The notes under the pieces: generated by a model
The model's database searches: none
What the model was told of the DNA's origin: nothing
What the model saw: the letters and a program-made list of their open reading frames with translations, nothing else
Shown here: piece by piece, positions 37,526 through 47,238 of the stretch
How the letters are laid out: each line of letters begins with the position of its first letter
Numbering within the stretch: the first letter of the stretch is position 1
From: an uncultured cyanobacterium
Lineage (GTDB): Bacteria; Cyanobacteriota; Cyanobacteriia; Cyanobacteriales; Nostocaceae
Assembly (NCBI GenBank): GCA_963740315.1
Contig: CAVUDP010000001.1
Span: forward strand, 294,766 to 358,765
Length of the DNA stretch: 64,000 bases
Direction: 5' to 3'
Made by a program: the position numbers and the translations under genes

Positions 37526-38730
37526 TATGCATGAAACTTCTTCCATTTTGAGAAGGGTAATTCAACTAAGTAGTAAGTAACTGTTGCTAATACGGTTGAT
37601 AAAATCAAGGTTGCTGTCAATCTGATATAAAACGCTTCTATGGGAATTTCTGCGTTAAAAATATCGTAAGTTCTGGTGATGATTGGCATATGCCAAATAT
37701 AAATTCCGTAGGATAAGTTACCTATTATTTCTAATATTCTGACAGGATTTTTTAAAATAGCGTTGAATGATAACTTTTCATGTTTAGTAAATTCGTGATA
37801 AATATCTTTTTCAAAAGCAAATATAAAAAATGAGGTGATAATTGCCGTCAACGGTTGCAATATCAATATTGTTGTTAATGTTCTCCAGCCTCCGCTCCGA
37901 TTCGGTAAATTCCATAACTCTTGGTAATATAAATGATGTGCGGAGAATAGATACAGTAAAATTATCAGTGTTACAGCAAATATTTTAGTAGTTAATGATT
38001 TTGTTTGATTAGAAAATCCTTTATAATTCCGAATCAATCCATTGACGAAAAAGCCACACAAAAATAAATCTAAATTGGTAATCAAGGGAGTATACCAATA
38101 TTTAAATGCATATCCCATTTCTTGTGTAATTTCTTTCTGAAAACTTATCCAAAGTAAACTTCTTAAAATAAAACTTGCAAAAATTATCATAAAAGCAGCA
38201 ATAAATACTTTTTTTTGATTATTTAAACGATTTTGAATCAAGCTATAAATAAAAGGGACGATTAAATAAAACTGTACTTCTGTTGATAACGACCAAAAAA
38301 CATCATTGAATTTAACCGCTTCAAAACTAATATATGGATGATAAGTAAACGTAGATATTCTGAATAGATAACCCCAATTAGAAAACTTGAGAACTTCCGG
38401 ATAAACGAATACTGCTAAAATTAGTACGGCAAAATAATACAGTGGAAATATTCTCAAAGCCCGATTGCGCCAAAACTTGATAACTCCTGCTATATCATTC
38501 CTGTAGCGCTTTGTATAGAAAACCTTCCCCATCAAATAACCGGATAAAACAAAGAAAATCCAAACTGCGATCGCGCCGTGACTAAACATCAACCAACTTA
38601 AATCAAAACCGTCATAAATAATTGATTTTCTAGGGGGAGCGCAATGAATTGTTACTACCATCAAACAGGCAAAACCGCGTAGAGCCAGTAATGCATCTAA
38701 GCGATTATTTTTGATATTATTTGATTGCAT
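37525..38730 (-). CDS. Acyltransferase family 3 (OafA/OatA-like) integral membrane acyltransferase
   Basis: N-terminal RLDALLALRGFACLMVVTIHC is the acyltransferase-3 signature. About 10 TM helices. Confidence 0.8.
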   Translation of the reverse strand: MQSNNIKNNRLDALLALRGFACLMVVTIHCAPPRKSIIYDGFDLSWLMFSHGAIAVWIFFVLSGYLMGKVFYTKRYRNDIAGVIKFWRNRALRIFPLYYFAVLILAVFVYPEVLKFSNWGYLFRISTFTYHPYISFEAVKFNDVFWSLSTEVQFYLIVPFIYSLIQNRLNNQKKVFIAAFMIIFASFILRSLLWISFQKEITQEMGYAFKYWYTPLITNLDLFLCGFFVNGLIRNYKGFSNQTKSLTTKIFAVTLIILLYLFSAHHLYYQELWNLPNRSGGWRTLTTILILQPLTAIITSFFIFAFEKDIYHEFTKHEKLSFNAILKNPVRILEIIGNLSYGIYIWHMPIITRTYDIFNAEIPIEAFYIRLTATLILSTVLATVTYYLVELPFSKWKKFHA

Positions 38731-38970
38731 TTATATTGCTGAATAGTGATTCCAGTAAAAATTGATAAATGCAAATTTTAGTTAACCCTGTTTTATCGAC
38801 TTTAATTCAAATGAAATACTAACTTTTAACCGATTTTTTCATAAAAAGGTTGCCATGTTGGCAATGGTACCCAAACTTACTACCATTATTGATATAAAAA
38901 ACCGCAGAGGAAAGAGGTTTCATAGAGATAGAAGTATTTATTCGAGCAATCAAAAAATAATTCCCACAAA

Positions 38971-39000
38971 TGTAGAGAGCTCCGCACTGCTACGTCTCCA
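38971..39000. repeat. Degenerate copy of the TGTAGAGA…CTACGTCTCCA palindromic element
   Basis: tgtagagagctccgcactgctacgtctcca. Confidence 0.5.
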
Positions 39001-39099
39001 TACAATTTCGAGAAAAACGAGTTAAATCCAAAATCTAAAATCCAAAATCTAAAATAGTATTACCTTGGAGAAATATAAACAACACGATATCGGATAACT

Positions 39100-40410
39100 A
39101 TGCAAGCAGAGTATCGGCAGCGACGGGATGCATTAATGTCAAAGATTGGTAGCGGTACGGCAATTTTTCGCAGTGCGCCTATGGCTGTGATGCACAATGA
39201 TGTAGAATACGCTTACCGTCAAGATAGTGATTTCTTCTATTTAACTGGTTTGAACGAAGCCGAAGCTGTAGCGGTTTTAGCGCCTCACCACGACGAACAT
39301 AAGTTTATATTGTTCGTACAGCCCAAGGATATTACCAAAGAAGTTTGGAGTGGTTATGTCACCGGGGTTGATGCAGCCAAGGAAAAGTACGGTGCTGATG
39401 AAGCCTACCCCATCAACGAATTAAACGAAAAATTACCTCAATATTTAATCAACGCAGACAAAATTTATTATCGTTTGGGACGAGATAAGTCTTTTAACGA
39501 AACTGTTCTCACCCATTACCAAAGATTATTACGAACTTATCCCAAACGCGGTTTCGGTCCTACAGCAATTCAAGATACCTGCACCATTTTACATGGAATG
39601 CGGATGGTTAAAAGCGAATCCGAATTGGAATTAATGCGAAAAGCCGCCGATATCGCCGTGGAAGCGCATAATTTAGCCTTAGAAATGGCGAAACCGGGAG
39701 TTTACGAATACGAAATTCAAGCAGAGATGGAGCGCATTTTTAGAAAACACGGTGGGTTAGGACCTGCATATCCTTCTATCGTCGCATCGGGTGCTAATTC
39801 CTGCATACTTCACTACATCGAAAACAACCGTCAAATGCAAGACGGAGATTTACTTTTAATTGACGCAGGTTGTTCCTATGAATATTACAACTCCGATATT
39901 ACCCGCACGTTTCCCGTTGGTGGAAAGTTTACCGACGAACAAAAGACGCTGTATGAATTAGTTTTGGATGCACAGAAACAGGCGATCGCACAAGTAAAGC
40001 CGGGAAATGCTTATAATTCAATTCACGATACCGCTTTACGAGTGCTTGTAGAAGGAATGGTTGAACTAGGTATTCTCAAAGGTGAAGTTGATAAATTAAT
40101 TGAAGAAGAGAAATACAAACCTTATTATATGCACCGCACCGGGCATTGGTTGGGTTTAGATGTTCATGATGTCGGAGTTTACCAACACGGTAAAGATAAC
40201 CCGTTAATTCTGCAACCCGGACAAATTCTAACAGTAGAACCTGGAATTTATATTGTACCCGAAGCCAAACCCGCAGAAGAACAGCCGCAAGTCGATCGAA
40301 AATGGATGGGAATCGGAATTCGTATCGAAGATGATGTTTTAGTCACCGAAAGCGGATGTGAAGTGTTAACGAAGGGAGTTGATAAGGAAGTCGAGGATAT
40401 GGAGAGGTAA
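39100..40410 (+). CDS. pepP: Xaa-Pro aminopeptidase (aminopeptidase P, M24B)
   Basis: M24 metal ligands are in the right context: DGDLLLIDAGCSYEYYNSDITRT, HRTGHWLGLDVHD, and E…VEPGIY…GIRIEDDV. Confidence 0.85.
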   Translation: MQAEYRQRRDALMSKIGSGTAIFRSAPMAVMHNDVEYAYRQDSDFFYLTGLNEAEAVAVLAPHHDEHKFILFVQPKDITKEVWSGYVTGVDAAKEKYGADEAYPINELNEKLPQYLINADKIYYRLGRDKSFNETVLTHYQRLLRTYPKRGFGPTAIQDTCTILHGMRMVKSESELELMRKAADIAVEAHNLALEMAKPGVYEYEIQAEMERIFRKHGGLGPAYPSIVASGANSCILHYIENNRQMQDGDLLLIDAGCSYEYYNSDITRTFPVGGKFTDEQKTLYELVLDAQKQAIAQVKPGNAYNSIHDTALRVLVEGMVELGILKGEVDKLIEEEKYKPYYMHRTGHWLGLDVHDVGVYQHGKDNPLILQPGQILTVEPGIYIVPEAKPAEEQPQVDRKWMGIGIRIEDDVLVTESGCEVLTKGVDKEVEDMER

Positions 40411-40645
40411 GGGGGAGATGGGGGATGGGGAGATGGGGAGTACTTCGACAAGTCTTACAGTGAGCTACGTCGAACTGCTCAGTAACCTTTGGGGAGATGG
40501 GGAGTACTTCGACAAGTCTTACAGTGAGCTACGTCGAACTGCTCAGTAACCTTTGGGGGGATGGGGGGACAAGGGGAGATAATTTTTACTAATTCCTCAC
40601 TCAATACTCCTCACTCCTAACTCAATACTCCTCACTCCTCACATT
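40411..40645. repeat. Composite repeat: GGGGAGAT heptamer tracts, a 66-bp unit duplicated in tandem, then ACTCCTCACTCCTAACTC tracts
   Basis: ggggagatggggagtacttcgacaagtcttacagtgagctacgtcgaactgctcagtaacctttgg occurs twice directly. Confidence 0.8.
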
Positions 40646-41220
40646 TACCAAATTTCTGCTAAATCCAAAACAAACCCAGGTAAAACATCTTCTCCCGAAA
40701 CAGTTTGTGGAGATTCTAAAATTTCAACTTCTTGTTTGGGACGATAAATTTCTATTTGCTTCTGCTTGCGATTAATTAACCAACCTAAAGAAGCGCCATT
40801 TTCCATGTATTCCTTCATTTTGGCTCTGGTTTTTTCCAGAGTGTCGCTGGGGGACATTAATTCAACCACAAAATCGGGACATAAGGGAGCAAATCTTTCT
40901 TTTTCTTCTTCTGTCAAAGCATCCCATCTTTCCATTTTCACCCAAGACGCATCCGGGCTGCGCTCTGCACCATTAGGAAGTTTGAAACCACCAGAAGAGT
41001 CGAAGGTTTTCCCCAGTTTATTTTTTCGATTCCAATTTCTTAATTGACAAGTTAAATCGGCATTTCTGTCGCTAGTGATACTTCCTGTTGGTGGCATAAT
41101 AATTAATTCTCCCGAAGCAGTGCGTTCAAATCTTACATCTGGGTTATTCTGACAAAGTTGAAAAAACTGTTCGTCAGTTAGATCGATGTTGTTAATATCT
41201 AATTCAAAAGCAGTATTCAT
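40645..41220 (-). CDS. Uma2-family (DUF820) putative restriction-endonuclease-like protein
   Basis: MNTAFELDINNIDLTDEQFFQLCQNNPDVRFERTASGELIIMPPTG… is the Uma2 N-terminal signature. Confidence 0.75.
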   Translation of the reverse strand: MNTAFELDINNIDLTDEQFFQLCQNNPDVRFERTASGELIIMPPTGSITSDRNADLTCQLRNWNRKNKLGKTFDSSGGFKLPNGAERSPDASWVKMERWDALTEEEKERFAPLCPDFVVELMSPSDTLEKTRAKMKEYMENGASLGWLINRKQKQIEIYRPKQEVEILESPQTVSGEDVLPGFVLDLAEIW

Positions 41221-41308
41221 ATTATTAAATTAGCAGTGCGTGGTTCTTTTATTTTATTAGGGAGTAGGGAGTAGGGAATAGGGAACGGTAAATTTGTTGG
41301 ATAACCTA

Positions 41309-41364
41309 TGTAGAGACGCGTTCACGAAGTGAGCCGAAGGCATTATTATATCGCGTCTCTACAC
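41309..41364. repeat. MITE-like element with 12-bp terminal inverted repeats TGTAGAGACGCG…CGCGTCTCTACA
   Basis: Perfect TIRs around a 32-bp core. Its termini are related to the TGTAGAGACG palindrome family. Confidence 0.6.
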
Positions 41365-41387
41365 AATGCCCAATGCCCAAAGCCCAA

Positions 41388-41933
41388 TTACCTATTACTT
41401 CGCAACTTACGGGTATTGTCAACTAAACTTTGAGCAAATTCATCTAGACGCTGAGATAATTTTTCGTCTAAAAGTTTACCTTCTTTATCAAAGGCTTTCC
41501 ATGCTTGCCCGATCGCAATTTGTTCGGGAATTACCCAAGCATGTACCCAACGCATGATGACGCGCATTTGATTGAGGGCATTACTATTGGATTGTCCCCC
41601 TAATATACTTATGCTCCCCGTAACTTTATCGGACAATTCTTCAAAACTCATCAAATCTAAAGCGTTTTTCAATACTCCGCTGATACCACCGTGGTATTCT
41701 GGTGTTGCTAAAATCAACCCGTCGGCAAGCTTTACTGTTTCTTGCAGTCGCTTCACGTCTGGATATTCCGGATATTCGTCTCCCCCATCGCAAAATGGTA
41801 GCTTCATCTGCCTTAAATCCAGTATTTCTACTTCGGCACCCAGGGCTTCTACTCGTTGCACTGCTAAAGCCAAAGCTTGATGAGTGTAAGACTCTGCTCT
41901 TAAACTACCGGCGATTCCCACTATCTTTACCAT
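41388..41933 (-). CDS. NAD(P)H-dependent FMN reductase family oxidoreductase
   Basis: MVKIVGIAGSLRAESYTHQAL…ILATPEYHGGISGVLKNALD is the flavodoxin-like FMN reductase signature. Confidence 0.8.
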   Translation of the reverse strand: MVKIVGIAGSLRAESYTHQALALAVQRVEALGAEVEILDLRQMKLPFCDGGDEYPEYPDVKRLQETVKLADGLILATPEYHGGISGVLKNALDLMSFEELSDKVTGSISILGGQSNSNALNQMRVIMRWVHAWVIPEQIAIGQAWKAFDKEGKLLDEKLSQRLDEFAQSLVDNTRKLRSNR

Positions 41934-42287
41934 GATTACTTTTAAATACTCTTTTTGCTATAATTAACTTGAAGTCATTACGACTATGAATATTTTAGCG
42001 ATTAAATTTTAATTGTGTCAAATAGTTGTTTTTATAACCATTCAGTGATAGGTAAGACAGTGGCTTTATGAAAAAAATATGTAAAAATAGTTACTATAGG
42101 GAGTGAGAATTTTAAAAGTTTGAAGTATGCGTCCTGAAAAGTTGACTATGACTTGAAAAAAATGGGGAATGTATTTTTTTGTAGAAGCTACACTTTTATT
42201 ATTGAGAATAAAATTATTTGCATTGTTGAAAATCGCAGCCACTGAAATTAGCCCCACCTTACGGCAACAGACAAAGGGTAACTATCT

Positions 42288-44183
42288 ATGAAAAATTTTG
42301 AGAAAAAGGCGTTAACGAAACAATCAGCCCTCAAGCGTAAAGCTTTTGGTGGGTTACTATCAATCACTTTGATGTTGTCAGGGGCTTTTGGGGGAATGCC
42401 TGCCTTGGCGCAGCAAAAACAGGAAGACAACCCTCTTACTTATGGCAAATTGATTGAGAAAATTGACCAAGGTGAAGTTAAGCGACTAGAGCTTGATGAA
42501 ACCCAGCAGATAGCTCGCGTATATCTGGTGGAATCCGATAAACCTGAAGAAGTCAAGCTTTTTGACCAAAACCCGGAATTAATTAAAAGGCTCAAAGATA
42601 AGAATGTTGAGTTTGAGGAAGTTTCTTCGGAAAACAGCAGGGTGGCTGTAAGGCTTTTATTGAACTTGATGTGGATTTTGCCTTTGGTTGCTTTGATGCT
42701 GCTGTTTTTGCGTCGTACAGCTAATACATCTTCGCAAGCGATGAATTTTGGTAAGTCTAAAGCGCGTTTTCAGATAGAAGCGAAAACCGGGATCAAGTTT
42801 GATGATGTCGCGGGGATAGAAGAAGCCAAAGAAGAACTTGGTGAGGTTGTGACTTTCCTCAAACAGCCAGAAAAATTTACTGCTGTAGGCGCACGCATTC
42901 CCAAAGGCGTATTATTGGTAGGACCTCCAGGAACGGGTAAAACTTTACTGGCAAAAGCAATTGCAGGGGAAGCGGGAGTTCCTTTCTTTAGTATTTCCGG
43001 TTCGGAATTTGTGGAAATGTTCGTGGGTGTAGGTGCTTCCCGCGTTCGCGATTTATTTAAGAAAGCCAAAGAAAACGCTCCTTGTTTGATATTTATCGAT
43101 GAAATTGACGCTGTGGGAAGACAGCGCGGTGCGGGTATCGGTGGCGGTAATGACGAACGCGAGCAAACCTTGAACCAGCTACTTACGGAGATGGATGGTT
43201 TTGAAGGTAACAACGGTATCATTATTATTGCAGCGACAAACCGCCCTGACGTACTGGATGCAGCGCTTTTGCGTCCCGGTCGTTTTGACAGACAGGTGAT
43301 TGTTGATGCACCCGACCGTAAAGGACGTTTGTCGATTTTAGAAGTCCACGCTCGCAATAAGAAAATAGACCCTTCAGTTTCTTTAGAAGTTATCGCTCGT
43401 CGTACTCCGGGTTTTACAGGAGCAGATTTAGCGAATCTTCTTAATGAAGCGGCGATTCTGACTGCAAGAAGACGTAAGGAAGCAACTACCCAGGTAGAGA
43501 TTGATGATGCGATCGACAGGTTAACTATTGGGTTGACTCTGAATCCTTTGTTAGATAGCAAGAAGAAGCGGTTAATTGCTTATCACGAAGTTGGACATGC
43601 TTTACTAGCGACACTTTTAGAAAATGCAGATCCTTTGAATAAAGTCACAATTATTCCTCGTTCCGGTGGAATTGGTGGTTTTTCCCAACAAACGCCCAAT
43701 GAAGAAATAATTGATAGCGGTCTTTATAGCAAAGCTTGGTTGAAAGATAATATTATCATGACCTTGGGAGGAAGAGCATCAGAAGCCGAAGTGTTTGGGG
43801 AGAAAGAAATCACGGGTGGTGCTAGTAACGATTTGAAGCAGGTAACAAGTCTAGCCCGGAAAATGGTAACGATGTACGGGATGTCCGATTTGGGATTAGT
43901 AGCCTTAGAAAGTCAGAATCGAGACGTATTTTTGGGTGGAGATTGGGGTAGTAATCGTAAAGAGTATTCCGAAGACATGGCTACCCAAATCGACAAAAAA
44001 GTTCGAGAAATTGCTGAGTCCTGCTATCAAGAAGCACGTAAAATCATGAGCAAAAACCGTGCATTATTAGATCGTCTTGTCGATTTATTAATTGAACAGG
44101 AAACAATAGAAGGCGAACAGTTTCGGAAAATTGTTGCGGAATATACGGAGTTACCGAAGAATCAATTGGTGATATCTACGTAA
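42288..44183 (+). CDS. ftsH: ATP-dependent zinc metalloprotease FtsH
   Basis: Two TM segments. Walker [12 protein letters not shown]. Zn-binding HEVGHAL. Confidence 0.92.
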   Translation: MKNFEKKALTKQSALKRKAFGGLLSITLMLSGAFGGMPALAQQKQEDNPLTYGKLIEKIDQGEVKRLELDETQQIARVYLVESDKPEEVKLFDQNPELIKRLKDKNVEFEEVSSENSRVAVRLLLNLMWILPLVALMLLFLRRTANTSSQAMNFGKSKARFQIEAKTGIKFDDVAGIEEAKEELGEVVTFLKQPEKFTAVGARIPKGVLLVGPPGTGKTLLAKAIAGEAGVPFFSISGSEFVEMFVGVGASRVRDLFKKAKENAPCLIFIDEIDAVGRQRGAGIGGGNDEREQTLNQLLTEMDGFEGNNGIIIIAATNRPDVLDAALLRPGRFDRQVIVDAPDRKGRLSILEVHARNKKIDPSVSLEVIARRTPGFTGADLANLLNEAAILTARRRKEATTQVEIDDAIDRLTIGLTLNPLLDSKKKRLIAYHEVGHALLATLLENADPLNKVTIIPRSGGIGGFSQQTPNEEIIDSGLYSKAWLKDNIIMTLGGRASEAEVFGEKEITGGASNDLKQVTSLARKMVTMYGMSDLGLVALESQNRDVFLGGDWGSNRKEYSEDMATQIDKKVREIAESCYQEARKIMSKNRALLDRLVDLLIEQETIEGEQFRKIVAEYTELPKNQLVIST

Positions 44184-44280
44184 TATTAAAAACGCTTCGG
44201 CATACCCCCAACTTTCTCAAGGTGTGTTGTGGCGATCGCTGCTGCTTACTTTTATTTGTAGTAGCTCCGTAGTTAATCAG

Positions 44281-44313
44281 AAACCCGGTTTTTCCAAAAA
44301 ACCGGGTTTCTAT
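44281..44313. terminator. Bidirectional rho-independent terminator between the convergent ftsH and M23 peptidase genes
   Basis: aaacccggttttt-cc-aaaaaaccgggttt is a perfect hairpin with flanking T/A runs. Confidence 0.65.
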
Positions 44314-44340
44314 AATTATTTACGATGCCCTATTAATAAT

Positions 44341-45000
44341 TCACCGATTAATAAGTTTGAGTTCTTCGATTTTGATTTGAGATTGTTGAGAACCCCAATT
44401 AGATGTATTGGTGGATGATTGATTGGAAAACATTGCTTTAAGAACCTGCGCTGGATCGACATAATTGCTGCCGTGTCTGAGTACCCAGTGGAGATGAGGT
44501 CCTGTGGTACGTCCGGTCATTCCGATACGTCCAATTCTGGCTCCTGCGGGTATTTCCTGACCTTTAGCTATTTTAATTCCACCGGCGCGGTCAACCATAT
44601 AAAGTTTACCGTTAGCTTTTTCTACTTTTCCCTGCATATGACAGTAACTGTGTCGCCAGTTACCCGACTTGACGATGATATGCGTACCGCAGGCACCGCC
44701 ATCGCCAACTTTAATTACCGTACCTCTCCACCAATTACGAATGTAGCTGCCGTTAGGAGCGGCGATATCTAAACCGTTGTGAAATTCCCAACCGCGACGA
44801 TTCGAGGAACGACGATATCCGAAAGGAGATGTGTAACTTTGAAAACGTTCAACGGGAAAAGAAGCTGAAGACCAAACGCTATTTTTAGCTAATAATGTGG
44901 ACTTATTTTCTATAGCTTCAACCGTATTTAAACTAGGTAATATAGTTGTTATTGCAACAATAAATCCTACTATTATTAATTTAATTAATTTTGCTTTCAT
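44341..45000 (-). CDS. M23 family metallopeptidase (secreted)
   Basis: Signal peptide MKAKLIKLIIVGFIVAITT. HNGLDIAAP…GPHLHW M23 motifs. Confidence 0.85.
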   Translation of the reverse strand: MKAKLIKLIIVGFIVAITTILPSLNTVEAIENKSTLLAKNSVWSSASFPVERFQSYTSPFGYRRSSNRRGWEFHNGLDIAAPNGSYIRNWWRGTVIKVGDGGACGTHIIVKSGNWRHSYCHMQGKVEKANGKLYMVDRAGGIKIAKGQEIPAGARIGRIGMTGRTTGPHLHWVLRHGSNYVDPAQVLKAMFSNQSSTNTSNWGSQQSQIKIEELKLINR

Positions 45001-45558
45001 ATTTTTATACTTATAAATTTAGTTAGAGAAGAGTTAGCTTAGAGCTATTTTTAAACTGTATTGTCTTTATATACATCACTTCCTTCGCATTATCCTACTT
45101 GAGAATATACAAATGTCAAGTATCTGTTTTTATCTTTTTTTGAATGTTTTTTAGATATAATTGACATCAGTAAAATCATCATAAATTATTTAAAAATCAT
45201 TGATAAAAACAAAGTATATATTGGTATAATACTGAGGATTTATAAGTGTAATTAAGGTTGATTGACTTTAAGATAAATAGCATTTATGTATTTTTGCCTA
45301 CAAAGCCAACGTAAACAATGAATATCTATCTTTATATATCCAGCCTACGTATTAACAAGTACTAATTACAAGAGATAAGGTTCCCCGTCAGGATACAGAA
45401 TTTAGCCGTTTCTCACCCCTGACTACAGGTAACAACAGCAAAAGTTTTGCCAACGATCGCAAATGCTGTAAAATTTAACCTTAAAAAGAATATACAATAC
45501 AGTTTCGATAAAATTAAGCTTAAAAATAACCCAAGAATTTCCCGTATTTTCCCAAACC

Positions 45559-45942
45559 ATGTTAACTGACATTCTGCCTTTCAGGTTCGATTTAGACACA
45601 GTAGCCATTGCCGGAGCGACTTTATGGTCTTTGGCATTGTATCTGGGTTTTTCCCCACTTGGTGAATGGGTAACAAAACAGCTAAATCGCTGGTTTAATT
45701 TCGCCGAGCGATTTATGTATACCAGTCAATCTGAATTTGACAAAACCCGTGAGGCAAGAGAATCACAAAACGCTTTCTATGCATCGGTATTTAGCGTCAT
45801 CCCGTTTTTAATATTTGGTGCTTTATCCAACTGGCTTGTAGAAATCAGTCTGGGAGGTAGTTGGGCTATCAGTACGGGCATTCTCGCTTGTATGGCTTGC
45901 GGTGTTTATGAATTAGGAAGGCGAGATGGGGAAAATAGTTAG
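45559..45942 (+). CDS. Hypothetical membrane protein (127 aa)
   Basis: Three hydrophobic helices. No motif. Confidence 0.4.
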   Translation: MLTDILPFRFDLDTVAIAGATLWSLALYLGFSPLGEWVTKQLNRWFNFAERFMYTSQSEFDKTREARESQNAFYASVFSVIPFLIFGALSNWLVEISLGGSWAISTGILACMACGVYELGRRDGENS

Positions 45943-46044
45943 CAGTTACCAGTTACCAGTAAAATAATTTTAGATTTGAAATTTTAACTCTTATTTTGTC
46001 TTGGAAGTTAGAAATTAGTAATTAATAATTAGTCGTTATAAATT

Positions 46045-46078
46045 TTCAACCTTTAACCTTTAACCTTTAACCTATTAT
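46045..46078. repeat. AACCTTT heptamer x4 (STRR-like)
   Basis: Direct tandem heptamers immediately upstream of the IMPase-family gene. Confidence 0.8.
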
Positions 46079-46079
46079 T

Positions 46080-46958
46080 ATGACCTCTCCCCGTACTATT
46101 TTAGAGACTTTACTTCCGCATTTAAAAGTAGCAGCAGGTTACGCTCGTTTTCTGCAACCGAAAATTGCTGTACTTCCGGAAAAAGATGGAAAAGATAACT
46201 TGTTTTCTTCTGCGCTTACTGATGCGGATTTAGCAATTCAGAATTTTGTAGAAGTTGTATTGTTAAGTAAATTTCCAAACATTCGTTTTTATGGGGAAGA
46301 ATATGAAAGTTCTCCCAATACCAAGTACTTTCGCGCTATAGATTTAGGGGAAAAAGATGATTATTTAATCACTCTTGACCCAATTGATGGTACAAGATAC
46401 TACATGGATGGACATTCTAATTATCAAATTATTCTTGGTATTTTGAATACTGATGATTATGAAGCGGTAATTGCTATTTCTCCTAGCGAAAACGTTTATT
46501 TTTACGCGATCGAAGGTGAAGGTGCTTTTAAGGGTTCTCTGGAAATGAATTTGGACGAATGTACCCAATTTAAGGTAAATTCAACCGCGAAACCCATTAT
46601 ATTCTTGGGTACGGCAATGAGTTCGTTAACATCTACATTAAAAGATAAATACGAAGTTATTAATGCAGCAGACGATTATTCTAGCTCCGTTCAAATGCCC
46701 AATTTTAATGCTATTTTTAGCGATGGATTGAGTGGTGCTGTAAAAAGATTTGGTCAGTTTATTGACGGTGGTGCTTTAGCTTTTATTGCCAAAGAAGCAG
46801 GTTGTATTGTCACTACATTCGATGGCTCTGCTTTACCTCCACTGCACGCTTGCGAAGATTATAATTTACCGGGATTAGTAATAGCAACTTCAGAATCTAT
46901 TCATCAAGATTTACTCAAAGCTGTTAGTCATGATTCGGTTTATGGTGTTAAAGCTTAA
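46080..46958 (+). CDS. Inositol monophosphatase/CysQ-family phosphatase
   Basis: ITLDPIDGTRYYM is the DPIDGT motif, and EE…metal motif FYGEE is present. This family assignment is tentative. Confidence 0.65.
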   Translation: MTSPRTILETLLPHLKVAAGYARFLQPKIAVLPEKDGKDNLFSSALTDADLAIQNFVEVVLLSKFPNIRFYGEEYESSPNTKYFRAIDLGEKDDYLITLDPIDGTRYYMDGHSNYQIILGILNTDDYEAVIAISPSENVYFYAIEGEGAFKGSLEMNLDECTQFKVNSTAKPIIFLGTAMSSLTSTLKDKYEVINAADDYSSSVQMPNFNAIFSDGLSGAVKRFGQFIDGGALAFIAKEAGCIVTTFDGSALPPLHACEDYNLPGLVIATSESIHQDLLKAVSHDSVYGVKA

Positions 46959-47089
46959 AATTTTAGTCGAATGCAAGGGTATAAGGTAAACCAGATGTAT
47001 TTCGTTTGTACGGTAACATCGGAATATGTTTTGTTTAAGATGGTGGGCGTTGGTGAATCGAAATATGGATTGGGAATTTCACATTATAT

Positions 47090-47116
47090 GAGACGTAGCA
47101 GTGCTACGTCTCTACA
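47090..47116. repeat. Palindromic element GAGACGTAGCAGTGCTACGTCTCTACA
   Basis: Same family as 21601, 32807 and 54674. Confidence 0.75.
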
Positions 47117-47238
47117 CAGATTTTGCATTCACTACAAAATGTACACAAATATAATTCATTACTTAATTTAGCAACGCCAGATGGTGAGTTGTTCAAAGTC
47201 GTTTGAAACAGGTTTGCGTAAATTCAAGAAAGAAAGAA

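Noticed and set aside
40248-40451. 67-aa minus-strand ORF across the pepP 3' end and the STRR repeats
   Set aside because: Its translation is Ser/Pro-rich and generated by the GGGGAGAT repeat tract. It is antisense to pepP.
42770-43561. 263-aa minus-strand ORF inside ftsH
   Set aside because: Antisense to the AAA+ domain of a clearly conserved FtsH. Ala/Ser/Arg-rich, a typical GC-skewed shadow frame.
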